From assembly GCA_038209745.1 (NCBI GenBank), contig JBBQXJ010000055.1, positions 1 to 32,469 of the forward strand: a DNA stretch of 32,469 nt, given 5' to 3'. The position numbers were made by a program, and so were the translations under genes. The notes beneath the pieces are model-generated. The model was not told the DNA's origin. It made no database searches and saw only the letters and a list, made by a program, of their open reading frames with translations. Positions 16,882 to 25,339 of this stretch are shown here, piece after piece. The number at the start of each line of letters is the position of its first letter. Position 1 is the stretch's first letter. Source of the DNA: Verrucomicrobiota bacterium (GTDB lineage: Bacteria; Verrucomicrobiota; Verrucomicrobiia; Limisphaerales; CANJSG01).

Positions 16882-18352
16882 CTTGATCGTGGTGAATAAT
16901 CCGGAACGCTGGCCGTTCCAGATCGACATGCCCGACGTCGAAGTCGTCGCCGCCCGTTCCTATCTGGTGGATGCGCGCTACACCGACATGCGCCACGTCC
17001 GGGTCTACAACCTGTGCCGCTCCTACCGGTATCAGTCCGTCGGCTATTACGTCTCGCTGTTGGCCGAGGCCCGTGGACATCGGCCCCAGCCGAGCATCTC
17101 GACGATCCAGGACATGAAGTCCTCCGTGGTGACGCGGATCCTCTCCGAAGATCTCGATGAACTGATCCAGAAATCGCTCGCGCCGATCAAGGGAAGCACC
17201 TTCACCTTGAGCATCTACTTCGCCAGAAACATGGCGAAGGCCTACGACCGGCTCTGCCTCCACCTGTTCAACCAGTTCCAGGCGCCGCTGCTGCGCGCGC
17301 ATTTCGTGAAGAACGAGGAACTCTGGGAGCTGAAGGACATCACGCCGATTCCGGCCTCCGAGATCCCCGATTCCCATCGGCAGTTCCTGACCGAGATCGC
17401 GCGGAGCTATCTCGCGGGACGACGCCCTTCGCTCCCGCGCAAGAGCGTTCCCCGCTACCACATGGCGGTGCTCTACGATCCGACCGAAGCCCGCAAGCCC
17501 TCGAACCCGAAGGCCATCGAGAAGTTCATCGCGGCGGCCGAGGAGCTCGACGTCGAGGCCGAGATCATCACCCGCGACGACTATTCTCGGATCGCGGAAT
17601 TCGACGCCCTTTTCATCCGCCAGACGACGAGCGTGGACCACTTCACCTTCCGGTTCGCCAGCCGGGCCGAGGCCGAAGGGTTGGTGGTGATGGACGATCC
17701 CAAGTCGATCCTCCGCTGCACGAACAAGGTCTATCTGGCCGAGGTGTTGGACCGGCACGGCATCCTCGCGCCCAAGACCCTCATCGTGCACCGGGACAAC
17801 ATCGACGAAGTCTGCTCCCAGCTGGGTTTCCCGGTGATCCTGAAGCAGCCCGACAGTTCGTTTTCCCAGGGCGTCACCAAGGCGAAGTCGCTGGAGGAAT
17901 TCCACGCCCAAGCCGAGCAGCTTCTCGAAAAGTCGGAGCTCTTTCTGGCTCAGGAGTTCATGGCGACCGACTTCGATTGGCGGATCGGCGTGCTCGACGG
18001 CAAGCCGCTCTATGCCTGCAAGTATTTCATGGCGCCCAAACACTGGCAGATCATCCAGAATCTGGCGGACGGCGACACCGACTATGGCAAGGTCGAGGCG
18101 CTGCCCGTTGAGCTCGCGCCCGTGAACGTGGTGCGGACCGCCGTCAAGGCCGCCTCGCTGATCGGCGACGGCCTCTATGGCGTGGACCTCAAGCAGGTGG
18201 GCCGCCAGTGCTTCGTGATCGAGGTGAACGACAACCCCAGCATCGATGCCGGATTCGAGGACACGGTCATGAAGGACGCCCTCTACGGGCGGATCATGGA
18301 GACCTTCGTGCGCCGGCTGGATCGTCGCCGTGAACGACGCTCCGACGACTGA
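16874..18352 (+). CDS. RimK-family ATP-grasp ligase with N-terminal RLAN domain
   Basis: ATG at 16874 overlaps the peptidase stop. VYNLCRSYRYQSVGYYVSLLAEARGH (RLAN), DALFIR, CTNKVYL, PVILKQPDSSFSQGV, QEF, DWRIGVL, YGVDLK and IEVNDNP. Confidence 0.9.
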   Translation: MPSLIVVNNPERWPFQIDMPDVEVVAARSYLVDARYTDMRHVRVYNLCRSYRYQSVGYYVSLLAEARGHRPQPSISTIQDMKSSVVTRILSEDLDELIQKSLAPIKGSTFTLSIYFARNMAKAYDRLCLHLFNQFQAPLLRAHFVKNEELWELKDITPIPASEIPDSHRQFLTEIARSYLAGRRPSLPRKSVPRYHMAVLYDPTEARKPSNPKAIEKFIAAAEELDVEAEIITRDDYSRIAEFDALFIRQTTSVDHFTFRFASRAEAEGLVVMDDPKSILRCTNKVYLAEVLDRHGILAPKTLIVHRDNIDEVCSQLGFPVILKQPDSSFSQGVTKAKSLEEFHAQAEQLLEKSELFLAQEFMATDFDWRIGVLDGKPLYACKYFMAPKHWQIIQNLADGDTDYGKVEALPVELAPVNVVRTAVKAASLIGDGLYGVDLKQVGRQCFVIEVNDNPSIDAGFEDTVMKDALYGRIMETFVRRLDRRRERRSDD

Positions 18353-18376
18353 GCAACCGACCCCGATCCGTCCTCG

Positions 18377-19627
18377 ATGAAGACTCCCGATCGATCTCTC
18401 TTCGCCTGCTTCGGCGTGGAGCTGGAATACATGGTCGTGCGCGACGACTCGCTCGCGGCCGTTCCTTGGAGCGACCACGTGCTGGTCGGCCCGACAGGGC
18501 GGCCGGTCTCCGACATCGATCGTGGCCTGCTGACCTGGTCCAATGAGCTGACAGCCCATGTGATCGAGCTGAAGACGACGGATCCGGTGGGCGGCTTCGA
18601 TGGATTGTCGGACGCGTTCGCTGACGAGGTGCGCGAGGTCAATCGGCGACTGGCCAAGGACGGGGCGCGGCTTCTCCCCACGGCCATGCATCCGTGGATG
18701 GCCCCTAACGAGTCCAAACTCTGGTCCCACGAATTCAACGAGGTCTACCAGGCGTTCGACCGCATCTTCGACTGTCGCGGCCACGGCTGGTCGAATGTCC
18801 AGAGCGTCCACTTGAACCTGCCGTTTTCGAGCGACGAGGAGTTCGGCCGGCTCCATGCCGCGATCCGTCTGGTGTTGCCGCTGTTGCCCGCGTTGGCGGC
18901 GTCATCGCCGATCGTCCAGGGAAAGTTGACAGGCCTTCAGGACAATCGCCTCGCGTTCTACCGGTCCAATTCGGCGAAGATTCCCCGTCTCTGTGGCGGC
19001 GTGATCCCCGAGCCCGTCTTCACCGAGGCCGACTACGACCGGGAGATCTTCCAGCCCATTCTCCGGGACCTCGCCCCGCACGATCCGGAAGGCGTCCTCG
19101 AGGCCGAATTCTCCAACTCCCGCGGCGCCATCGCGCGGTTTTCCCGCCAGAGCATCGAGATCCGCCTGCTCGATATCCAGGAATGCCCGGCGGCCGATCT
19201 GGCCATCCTGCGGGTCGTGGTCGCGCTGCTTCGGGAACTGGTCGCGGAAGCGAGGCTTTCGCTCGACGACCAGCGGGGAGCGTCCGTTGCCGCGCTCGGC
19301 CCCACATTCGATGCCTGCGTGGAACAGGGGGATGCGGCGGTCGTCGTTGAGCCCGTGCTTCTGCGGGGCTTTGGGTGGGAAAGTGCGTCTCGTCCGACGG
19401 CGCGCCAGCTTTGGGGCTGCGCCATCTCCCGCCTTGATCCTGCGCACGGCGCGTCCGAGATGGAGCAACTCGCGCTCAAGACCTATCTGCGTGAAGGAAC
19501 GCTGGCGCGGCGAATGACGGCCGCGTTGAAGGGGGACGACGGAGAGGCCGGCCAACAGAAGCTTTTCCGAAGGCTGGTGCGGTGTTTGGACGAGAACCGA
19601 CCCTTCAGCGGCGAGGAACCCGGCTGA
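18377..19627 (+). CDS. Glutamate-cysteine ligase family 2 (GCS2/YbdK-like) carboxylate-amine ligase
   Basis: FGVELEY, ELTAHVIELKT, PTAMHP, QSVHLN, ALAASSP and ARF...IEIRLLD. Confidence 0.87.
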   Translation: MKTPDRSLFACFGVELEYMVVRDDSLAAVPWSDHVLVGPTGRPVSDIDRGLLTWSNELTAHVIELKTTDPVGGFDGLSDAFADEVREVNRRLAKDGARLLPTAMHPWMAPNESKLWSHEFNEVYQAFDRIFDCRGHGWSNVQSVHLNLPFSSDEEFGRLHAAIRLVLPLLPALAASSPIVQGKLTGLQDNRLAFYRSNSAKIPRLCGGVIPEPVFTEADYDREIFQPILRDLAPHDPEGVLEAEFSNSRGAIARFSRQSIEIRLLDIQECPAADLAILRVVVALLRELVAEARLSLDDQRGASVAALGPTFDACVEQGDAAVVVEPVLLRGFGWESASRPTARQLWGCAISRLDPAHGASEMEQLALKTYLREGTLARRMTAALKGDDGEAGQQKLFRRLVRCLDENRPFSGEEPG

Positions 19628-19637
19628 GGCTTCGGGC

Positions 19638-20324
19638 CTATAGTTCCTCGGCGGGATTGAAGAACAGCCGCGCGTAGACGTAGGCGATCACTTCGCCGCT
19701 CACCGTCCGGAATCCTTGGCTCGATCTCCACCAATGCGCGGGGTCGTAGTCGTCGGGCGCGACCGGGAGGATGCCCACACGGATCCCGTCGCCGAGCGCC
19801 TTCGCGAAGAGCATCCGTGAGCGACGGCAATGTGGGCCGACCGAGACCAGGTTGATCTCCGTGGGCGGGACCGACTCGATTTGGAACCGCTTCGCCAGGG
19901 CCACCGCAGAAGTGTAGGTGCGGTCGCGGCGGACAGGTGGGGCCGGGACGGCTTCGACTTCCTCGGGCTTCATGCCGAGACCGATCAGCGTGGCGGCCCC
20001 CAGCTCCGCATGCGTCTTGTATTGGGAGAGGGGCGCTCCTTTCTCCAGCGGACCGCCGGTCACATACAGCTTCCGGTAGCCGCCGTGCCGGAACTCCGCC
20101 TTGGCCGTCGCGAAGGCGGAATCCGGATTCCAGCCCTCGATCACGAGCACTTTGGCCGGCACAGGATCGTTGATCGCGAGGAAGGGGTAGACCGACCTCA
20201 CCGACGCTAGGCAAAAGGCGGTGGCCAAGACGCAGACCAGCAGCCAGACCCGCCAAGTGGGAACCAGACATGACCGGCGTAGGAGCAGGCCGCGATAGGG
20301 TTTCGGAGGTTTTTTGGCCTTCAT
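19638..20324 (-). CDS. DUF218 (YdcF/ElyC/SanA-like) membrane-anchored protein
   Basis: N-terminal TM, LVIEGW, VTGG, RTYTSA, HCRRSRMLF and WW...E. Start moved to ATG 20324 because the longer ORF runs through the tRNAs. Confidence 0.72.
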   Translation of the reverse strand: MKAKKPPKPYRGLLLRRSCLVPTWRVWLLVCVLATAFCLASVRSVYPFLAINDPVPAKVLVIEGWNPDSAFATAKAEFRHGGYRKLYVTGGPLEKGAPLSQYKTHAELGAATLIGLGMKPEEVEAVPAPPVRRDRTYTSAVALAKRFQIESVPPTEINLVSVGPHCRRSRMLFAKALGDGIRVGILPVAPDDYDPAHWWRSSQGFRTVSGEVIAYVYARLFFNPAEEL

Positions 20325-20398
20325 TTCCGGGGTGTCAACCGGGGGCGGGAACCTAGACCCGGTCATCGAACTTTGGGGGCGATCACCCAAGGAAGGAA

Positions 20399-20488
20399 TG
20401 GCGGAGAGAGGGGGATTCGAACCCCCGATAGGGTTACCCCTATGCAGCTTTAGCAAAGCTGTGCCTTCAGCCACTCGGCCATCTCTCC
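20399..20488 (-). tRNA. tRNA-Ser(GCT)
   Basis: GGAGAGATGGCCGAGTGG...CAGCT-TTGCTAA-AGCTG, long variable arm ATAGGGGTAACCCTAT, GTTCGAATC, ends CTCTCCGCCA; 90 nt. Confidence 0.97.
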
Positions 20489-20505
20489 ACCTAAATCTGC
20501 GGTCG

Positions 20506-20582
20506 TGGTGCACCCGTCAGGACTTGAACCTGAAACCCTCTGATTCGAAGTCAGATGCTCTATCCAGTTGAGCTACGGATGC
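20506..20582 (-). tRNA. tRNA-Arg(TCG)
   Basis: GCATCCGTAGCTCAACTGGATAGAGCA-TCTGA-CTTCGAA-TCAGA-GGGTTTCAGGTTCAAGTCCTGACGGGTGCACCA; 77 nt, A20, encoded CCA. Confidence 0.96.
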
Positions 20583-20685
20583 TCAGAAAACTTCAGGTTT
20601 CTGGGACCACTTTCGCTCTGCCGATCTTTGACGGCGTCCCTTTCGGTGGGACAAGGTTCCGTCAGAGTCCGGTAAGCGGACTGGG

Positions 20686-20715
20686 AACCTATCGAGCCGG
20701 TGTTTCCGAAGTCAA
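20686..20715 (-). promoter_or_regulatory. Candidate sigma70 promoter for the tRNA pair
   Basis: TTGACT-N18-TAGGTT on the minus strand about 100 nt upstream of tRNA-Arg. Confidence 0.5.
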
Positions 20716-20731
20716 CGGAGATGTTGAACCT

Positions 20732-21217
20732 TCAGTCCCGGAAATTGACGAAGCCCAGGGCAACGGGGAATTCGTGGCCCCGGATGGCTGCGATCACAGC
20801 CTGGAGATCGTCGCGATTCTTGCCGGTGACGCGGATTTGTTCGTCCTGGATCTGGCAGGTGGTCTTGAGACCGAGGCCCCGGACGAACTGGCTGACGAGT
20901 TTGCCGTTCTCGTGGTCGATGCCCTGCTTGATCTTGATCGTTTGGCGAGCGTGGCCCAAGGGCGAGAGGTCGGGTTCGGGGCGGTCGATGCTCCTGGGAT
21001 CGATGTTCCGCTTGGTCAGCTTGTTGACCACGATCTCCTCCAGCGCGCGGATCCTGAAGGCGTCTTCGGCGATGAGCTTGATCTCGTGCTTGTCGAGGGT
21101 GATCTCGGCCTTGCTGCCGCGGAAATCGAAGCGGGTGGAGAGTTCCTTTTTGGCTTGGTTGATCGCGTTCTCGATCTCCATCGAGTCGACCTTGGAGACA
21201 ATGTCAAAGCTGGGCAT
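20732..21217 (-). CDS. yajQ: YajQ family nucleotide/c-di-GMP-binding protein
   Basis: MPSFDIVSKVD...NAINQAKKELSTRFDFRGS...QIQDEQIRVTGKNRDDLQAVI...FVNFRD; 161 aa. Confidence 0.96.
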   Translation of the reverse strand: MPSFDIVSKVDSMEIENAINQAKKELSTRFDFRGSKAEITLDKHEIKLIAEDAFRIRALEEIVVNKLTKRNIDPRSIDRPEPDLSPLGHARQTIKIKQGIDHENGKLVSQFVRGLGLKTTCQIQDEQIRVTGKNRDDLQAVIAAIRGHEFPVALGFVNFRD

Positions 21218-21223
21218 GGACAG

Positions 21224-21252
21224 AGGCTAGGACCGGGCCCGCCGGCTGCCAA
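21224..21252 (-). promoter_or_regulatory. Candidate sigma70 promoter giving a leaderless yajQ mRNA
   Basis: TTGGCA-N17-TAGCCT-N6-ATG on the minus strand; no SD. Confidence 0.55.
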
Positions 21253-21264
21253 CGGGAAAGCGGA

Positions 21265-22968
21265 TCACGCGGTCGGAACCGGCGGAGGCAGCGGCGGGGG
21301 AAGGGGACGCTGGAGAGACCAACGGGTGGGAACACTGTCCGAGCGCGAGGCCTCGGCGCGGAAGCGGGTATAGAGACGGGTGCGGGCCCAACGAAGCCAG
21401 GCGAGATACGCTATGGCCTGGAGGACCAAGCTGGGCAGGACCATGAGGAGCTGCTGAAGCATCCGCGACATGGGATCGGAAGTGGCGCCGCTTCTGGCGA
21501 ACCAGTCCATGCCGACGTAGCGCATCAGGACGAACATGCCCACGGGACCGGCGACGCCAACGGCGACCGACGTGACGATGACCACGAGGAGGAAAGTCCA
21601 ACCGACTGCGCCGCCGACTTTCTGCGAGGTCAACCCCTTCCACATGCCCACCCAGACACAGGCGGAGGCGAAGAGAAACGTGCCGATAGCTTCGGCGGCC
21701 AGGCTGCCCAGCATGGAGACGATTGCATAGACGAGGGGTTCGGTGGGCCAGCTCATGAAGAGCCGCATTCCGAACCCGGGCAGTTGGATTCCCGCTCCGA
21801 GCACCGTCAACCAGACGACGAATGGGCGCAGCGCCAACCAGAGTGTTCGGACGATGTCCCGATCTTCCACGGGAGTGGTCAGCAGGATCTCCATTTCTCC
21901 GGTTTGTCGGGCTTCGGCGTAGGTCCGCGCGGCCACGTAGATCAAGACCAGCGTGGACGCCAAGCCGGCCAGCGCCAGCGGCAGGAAGACAATGGACAAT
22001 GTGCCTAAAACCGGTCCGCCCGATTGCATCAGGGACGGCAGCTTGGCCAGAAACCCCAGACCCATCACCGACCAGAACCAACGACGGTTTCCGGCCCGGC
22101 GCGCTACGACCGCCCCGAGCGTGTGCACGGCATCGGTCGAGGTGGTTTTGGCGCGCGCGGTTCGAGGGCTGACGGTCGCGGGGAGCCGGATGGGTTCGTC
22201 TTGGCGCCAGGTTCCCTTTAGTCGCCACGCCGCGACCGCGACCAGCACGACGGAGATCGCCGAGGATGCCAGTTGTCCGAGCCAAAAGCTGTTCGCCGAG
22301 GAGGCGTAACCCGAGTCGCGGGCCAGAATGAGGGCGGCGGCGGGACTGGCCGCCCCGGCCGGGCTGAGGTTGTTTCCGAACTTCGACCAATCGAGCGACT
22401 GCACTCCGAGCTCGATGAGCAGCGGCAGGATGAGCAGACCGATCAACCAACCGGTCGCCCGCACGATCGCCGCGATGCCGTCGCGGCTCCGGACGGAACC
22501 GATCAAGCCGCAGGCGAGCGAGAGGGCCAGCGTGTTCAGGAGCACCACGGCGGCGCGAAAGACTTCGCCGAAGGTGACGCCCCCCAGGATCAACGGAAAC
22601 GCCAACACCGGGATGACCGCGATCAATCCGTAGAGCGCCGTCAGGCCCGCGCCGGAGAGCTTGCCCAGGAGCACGTCGAGGCTGGAGAGCGGCGTGAGGA
22701 AAAGCAGACCCAGCGTCCCGTCCTGTCGCTCCTCGGTGATGCCGAGCGCCGAGGTGCGGATGCCCTCGAACAGGCAGAAAATCATCAGGCCGTAGAACAG
22801 GATCAGGAAGACCGCTTCGCCCGACTGGCCTCCTCCGCCCGTCAAGCCGACGACCAGGAAATACAGCGCGATGACCACGAGCGCCGCCAGTGTGACCAGC
22901 AGCCGCATGCCCCATGTGCTCAAGGCTCGGCCTCGGATGAGAAGTTCACGCTGGAGGATGACCCACAT
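21265..22968 (-). CDS. ABC-2-type transporter permease-like membrane protein, internally duplicated
   Basis: Polytopic. VILQRELL...R start; ITEERQDGTLGLLFLTPLS...LLGKL motif and a second copy YAEARQTGEMEILLTTPVE. Confidence 0.75.
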   Translation of the reverse strand: MWVILQRELLIRGRALSTWGMRLLVTLAALVVIALYFLVVGLTGGGGQSGEAVFLILFYGLMIFCLFEGIRTSALGITEERQDGTLGLLFLTPLSSLDVLLGKLSGAGLTALYGLIAVIPVLAFPLILGGVTFGEVFRAAVVLLNTLALSLACGLIGSVRSRDGIAAIVRATGWLIGLLILPLLIELGVQSLDWSKFGNNLSPAGAASPAAALILARDSGYASSANSFWLGQLASSAISVVLVAVAAWRLKGTWRQDEPIRLPATVSPRTARAKTTSTDAVHTLGAVVARRAGNRRWFWSVMGLGFLAKLPSLMQSGGPVLGTLSIVFLPLALAGLASTLVLIYVAARTYAEARQTGEMEILLTTPVEDRDIVRTLWLALRPFVVWLTVLGAGIQLPGFGMRLFMSWPTEPLVYAIVSMLGSLAAEAIGTFLFASACVWVGMWKGLTSQKVGGAVGWTFLLVVIVTSVAVGVAGPVGMFVLMRYVGMDWFARSGATSDPMSRMLQQLLMVLPSLVLQAIAYLAWLRWARTRLYTRFRAEASRSDSVPTRWSLQRPLPPPLPPPVPTA

Positions 22969-23011
22969 GGCGGCCGGAGGTTCGCAAAGTCCCACCGCCC
23001 GGCGCAATGGT

Positions 23012-24592
23012 TCAGTCCTCGGCCACGAGAGGTTCCGGCGATGGATTCGAAGCGAGGGCGGCTTGCCGGGATGGAAGCAGCCAAAAGCAGGCGACGGCTC
23101 CGAGCGTCAGAAACGCCGCTCCCAGCCAGCAGGCCGCGTGGAAGCCATCGAGAAAGCCATGGGACAAGGCCTGCCGGATGGCCGTCTCCGCCAGTGGGCC
23201 GAAGGTTTGACCGGCTCGGTGCGCGACCTCGGCGGCGGCGGTCACGGACCCTTGGCAGAGCTGGAGGGTTTCCGGGGGCAGGGGCAGATCCGCCAGATCC
23301 GAGGTCAAGGTCTTGGAGTAGAGGGATGCGAAGAGGCTCCCCATCGCGGCGACTCCGAGGGTTCCACCGAGCTCACGGGCGGTGTCGTTGACGGCCGAGC
23401 CGATGCCGGACCTTTCACGCGGAAGTCCGGCCATGATGGTGTCCGTGCCCGTGGAGTTGACCAAGCCCAGACCCAGACCCAGCGGCAGCATTTGCAGGAC
23501 GATCCATCCGTAGGCGGTGTCCGTGCCATTCGCCGTGGTCAGCGCGCTCGACAACGCCATCAGGGCCAGACCCGCCGTGATGACGCTGCGATTGCCCCAG
23601 CGTCGCGCCAGATAGGGAGCCATCGGCGCCGCGAAGCCGGTGAACAACGCGAAGGGCATCGTTCGCAGACCGGACTCGAACGCGCCATAGCCCCGGACGA
23701 GCTGGAAGTATTGCGTCACGAGGAACACCAGGCCGAACAATCCGAAGAACGCGGCCGCGATGCCGCAGCTGCCGCCGGCGAAGGTCCGATTGCGGAACAA
23801 CCGGGGATCCAGCATCGGCTCCGGACAGCGCCGCTCCCACTTCAGGAACAATGTCAGGAGAACGCCGGAGGCGGCGAGGCAGCCCAATGTCCGTCGATCG
23901 AGCCATCCGACCAACGGGGCCTCGATGACGGCGAAAGTGAGGAGACCTACGGACAGCATCGAGAGCGTCGTTCCTCCCAGATCCACGCGGCGCGCGGTCG
24001 GGTCGCGGGATGGCGGCACCCAGAGGAACACCCCGAGGCCCACGCCAAGACAGAGCGGGACGTTGATCAGAAAGACCCAGCCCCAGGATGCGTGTTCGAG
24101 GATGAACCCGCCGGCCACCGGGCCGATGGCGACACCGAGGCCGCTCATCGCCGCCCATGCGCCGATGGCCCGGTCGCGCAGGCGTGGTTCAGGGAACAGG
24201 TTGACGATGATGGCGAGCGTCGCCGGGAAAATGAGCGCCGCGCCGACGCCCATCATGGCTCGCCAGAAGATCAAGTTCGGTGCGGTCGGGGCTCGGCCGG
24301 CGATGGCCGAAAACAGGGCGAAGAGCACCAGGCCGATCACGAGGATGCGCTTGCGCCCGAAGCGGTCGCCGAGGCTCCCGGCCGCCATCAGCAGCCCGGC
24401 GAACACCAGGGTGTAGGCGTCCACGATCCATTGCAGTTGTCGGAGGGTCGTACCGCCTCCGAGTTCCCGCAGCAGCGTCGGCAGGGCGATGTTCACGATC
24501 GTCCCGTCCATGACGATGATGCAGACGGAGAGGCAGAGGAGCGCGAGAGCGGGGCCGCGACGCGGGGACTTGAACGGAGTTGAGCGATCCAT
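23012..24592 (-). CDS. MFS efflux transporter, DHA2 (EmrB/QacA) family
   Basis: MDGTIVNIALP, LQWIVDAYTL, GSLGDRFGRKR (motif A), GPVAGG, WVFLINVP and RELGGTLG. ATG at 24592. Confidence 0.93.
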   Translation of the reverse strand: MDRSTPFKSPRRGPALALLCLSVCIIVMDGTIVNIALPTLLRELGGGTTLRQLQWIVDAYTLVFAGLLMAAGSLGDRFGRKRILVIGLVLFALFSAIAGRAPTAPNLIFWRAMMGVGAALIFPATLAIIVNLFPEPRLRDRAIGAWAAMSGLGVAIGPVAGGFILEHASWGWVFLINVPLCLGVGLGVFLWVPPSRDPTARRVDLGGTTLSMLSVGLLTFAVIEAPLVGWLDRRTLGCLAASGVLLTLFLKWERRCPEPMLDPRLFRNRTFAGGSCGIAAAFFGLFGLVFLVTQYFQLVRGYGAFESGLRTMPFALFTGFAAPMAPYLARRWGNRSVITAGLALMALSSALTTANGTDTAYGWIVLQMLPLGLGLGLVNSTGTDTIMAGLPRERSGIGSAVNDTARELGGTLGVAAMGSLFASLYSKTLTSDLADLPLPPETLQLCQGSVTAAAEVAHRAGQTFGPLAETAIRQALSHGFLDGFHAACWLGAAFLTLGAVACFWLLPSRQAALASNPSPEPLVAED

Positions 24593-24609
24593 TTGGGGCG
24601 GTCCTGCGA

Positions 24610-25335
24610 TCACCGACGTTCCAGAAGGAGGATTTCCAGCATGCCTCCAAAGCAGTTGCGGGCCGCTTCCACATCGAAACCGTGCCGCGCGACCTGCTCC
24701 CGCAAGGCTTGTCGGTCGGGGAACTGGCGCAGGCTTTCCGCGATGTAGGCGTGCTCGGGACCGCCGTGGAGCAGGCAACCCCACAGACCACCCCAGAATT
24801 TCAGCAGATAGAACTGGAGCGGATGCCGCCAGCGCGCCACGGGCTTGGAGAAATCGAGGAACGCCGCCCGGCCGCCCGGGCGCAGGATGCGATGGACTTC
24901 GCGGAGCGCATGGTCGAGCACCGGAGCGTTCCTCAGTGCATAGCTGCCCGTGACCAGGTCGGCCCAGCCGTCCGGAATCTCCGTGCGGCACATGTCCCGG
25001 CTGCGGAACTCGATGTTGGAAAATGTGCGGCGGGCGGTCGCCACTTCGATCATCGCCGGAGTCAGATCGATGCCCACGACTTCCCCTTTTGGAAACCGAC
25101 GGGCCAGCTCAAAGGCCACATCGCCCGTTCCGCAGGCGAGGTCCACGCAACGGGGTGAGGGCGAATCGGGCAGCATCGAGACCAGCCGTCGTTTCCAGGC
25201 CTGGTCGCGGCCGAGCGACATGGCGCGGGTGGCCCTGTCATAGTCCGTCGCCACGCGGGTGAAGAGTCCTTCGTTGTAGCGGAGCTTGCTCTCCGGAGTC
25301 TGGATCCGCTCCCTGATTTTCAGGATGAGATTCAT
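24610..25335 (-). CDS. UbiE/MenG-family SAM-dependent methyltransferase
   Basis: FTRVATDYDRATRAMSLGRDQAWK, VDLACGTGD, SYALRN, RILRPGG, LDFSKP and YIAESLRQFP. ATG at 25335. Confidence 0.85.
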   Translation of the reverse strand: MNLILKIRERIQTPESKLRYNEGLFTRVATDYDRATRAMSLGRDQAWKRRLVSMLPDSPSPRCVDLACGTGDVAFELARRFPKGEVVGIDLTPAMIEVATARRTFSNIEFRSRDMCRTEIPDGWADLVTGSYALRNAPVLDHALREVHRILRPGGRAAFLDFSKPVARWRHPLQFYLLKFWGGLWGCLLHGGPEHAYIAESLRQFPDRQALREQVARHGFDVEAARNCFGGMLEILLLERR

Positions 25336-25339
25336 GGGG

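Noticed and set aside
16835..18856. 673-aa minus-strand ORF and similar long antisense ORFs (7612-9168, 10414-11781, 22871-24583, 30961-32097)
   Set aside because: They shadow genes with clear family motifs and have none of their own; long antisense frames are expected at high GC3.
20399..20420. tRNA-Ser 3' end as attachment site of a genomic island
   Set aside because: No integrase, and I saw no duplicated tRNA 3' end in the window.
20325..20513. ORF-track N-terminus of the DUF218 gene
   Set aside because: It runs through tRNA-Ser and into tRNA-Arg; ATG 20324 precedes the TM anchor.
20600..20670. c-di-GMP-I riboswitch, suggested by GAAA...GGGACGC next to yajQ
   Set aside because: The GGCAAAC and GCAAAG context and the second stem do not fit, and the element lies downstream of yajQ rather than in a coding leader.
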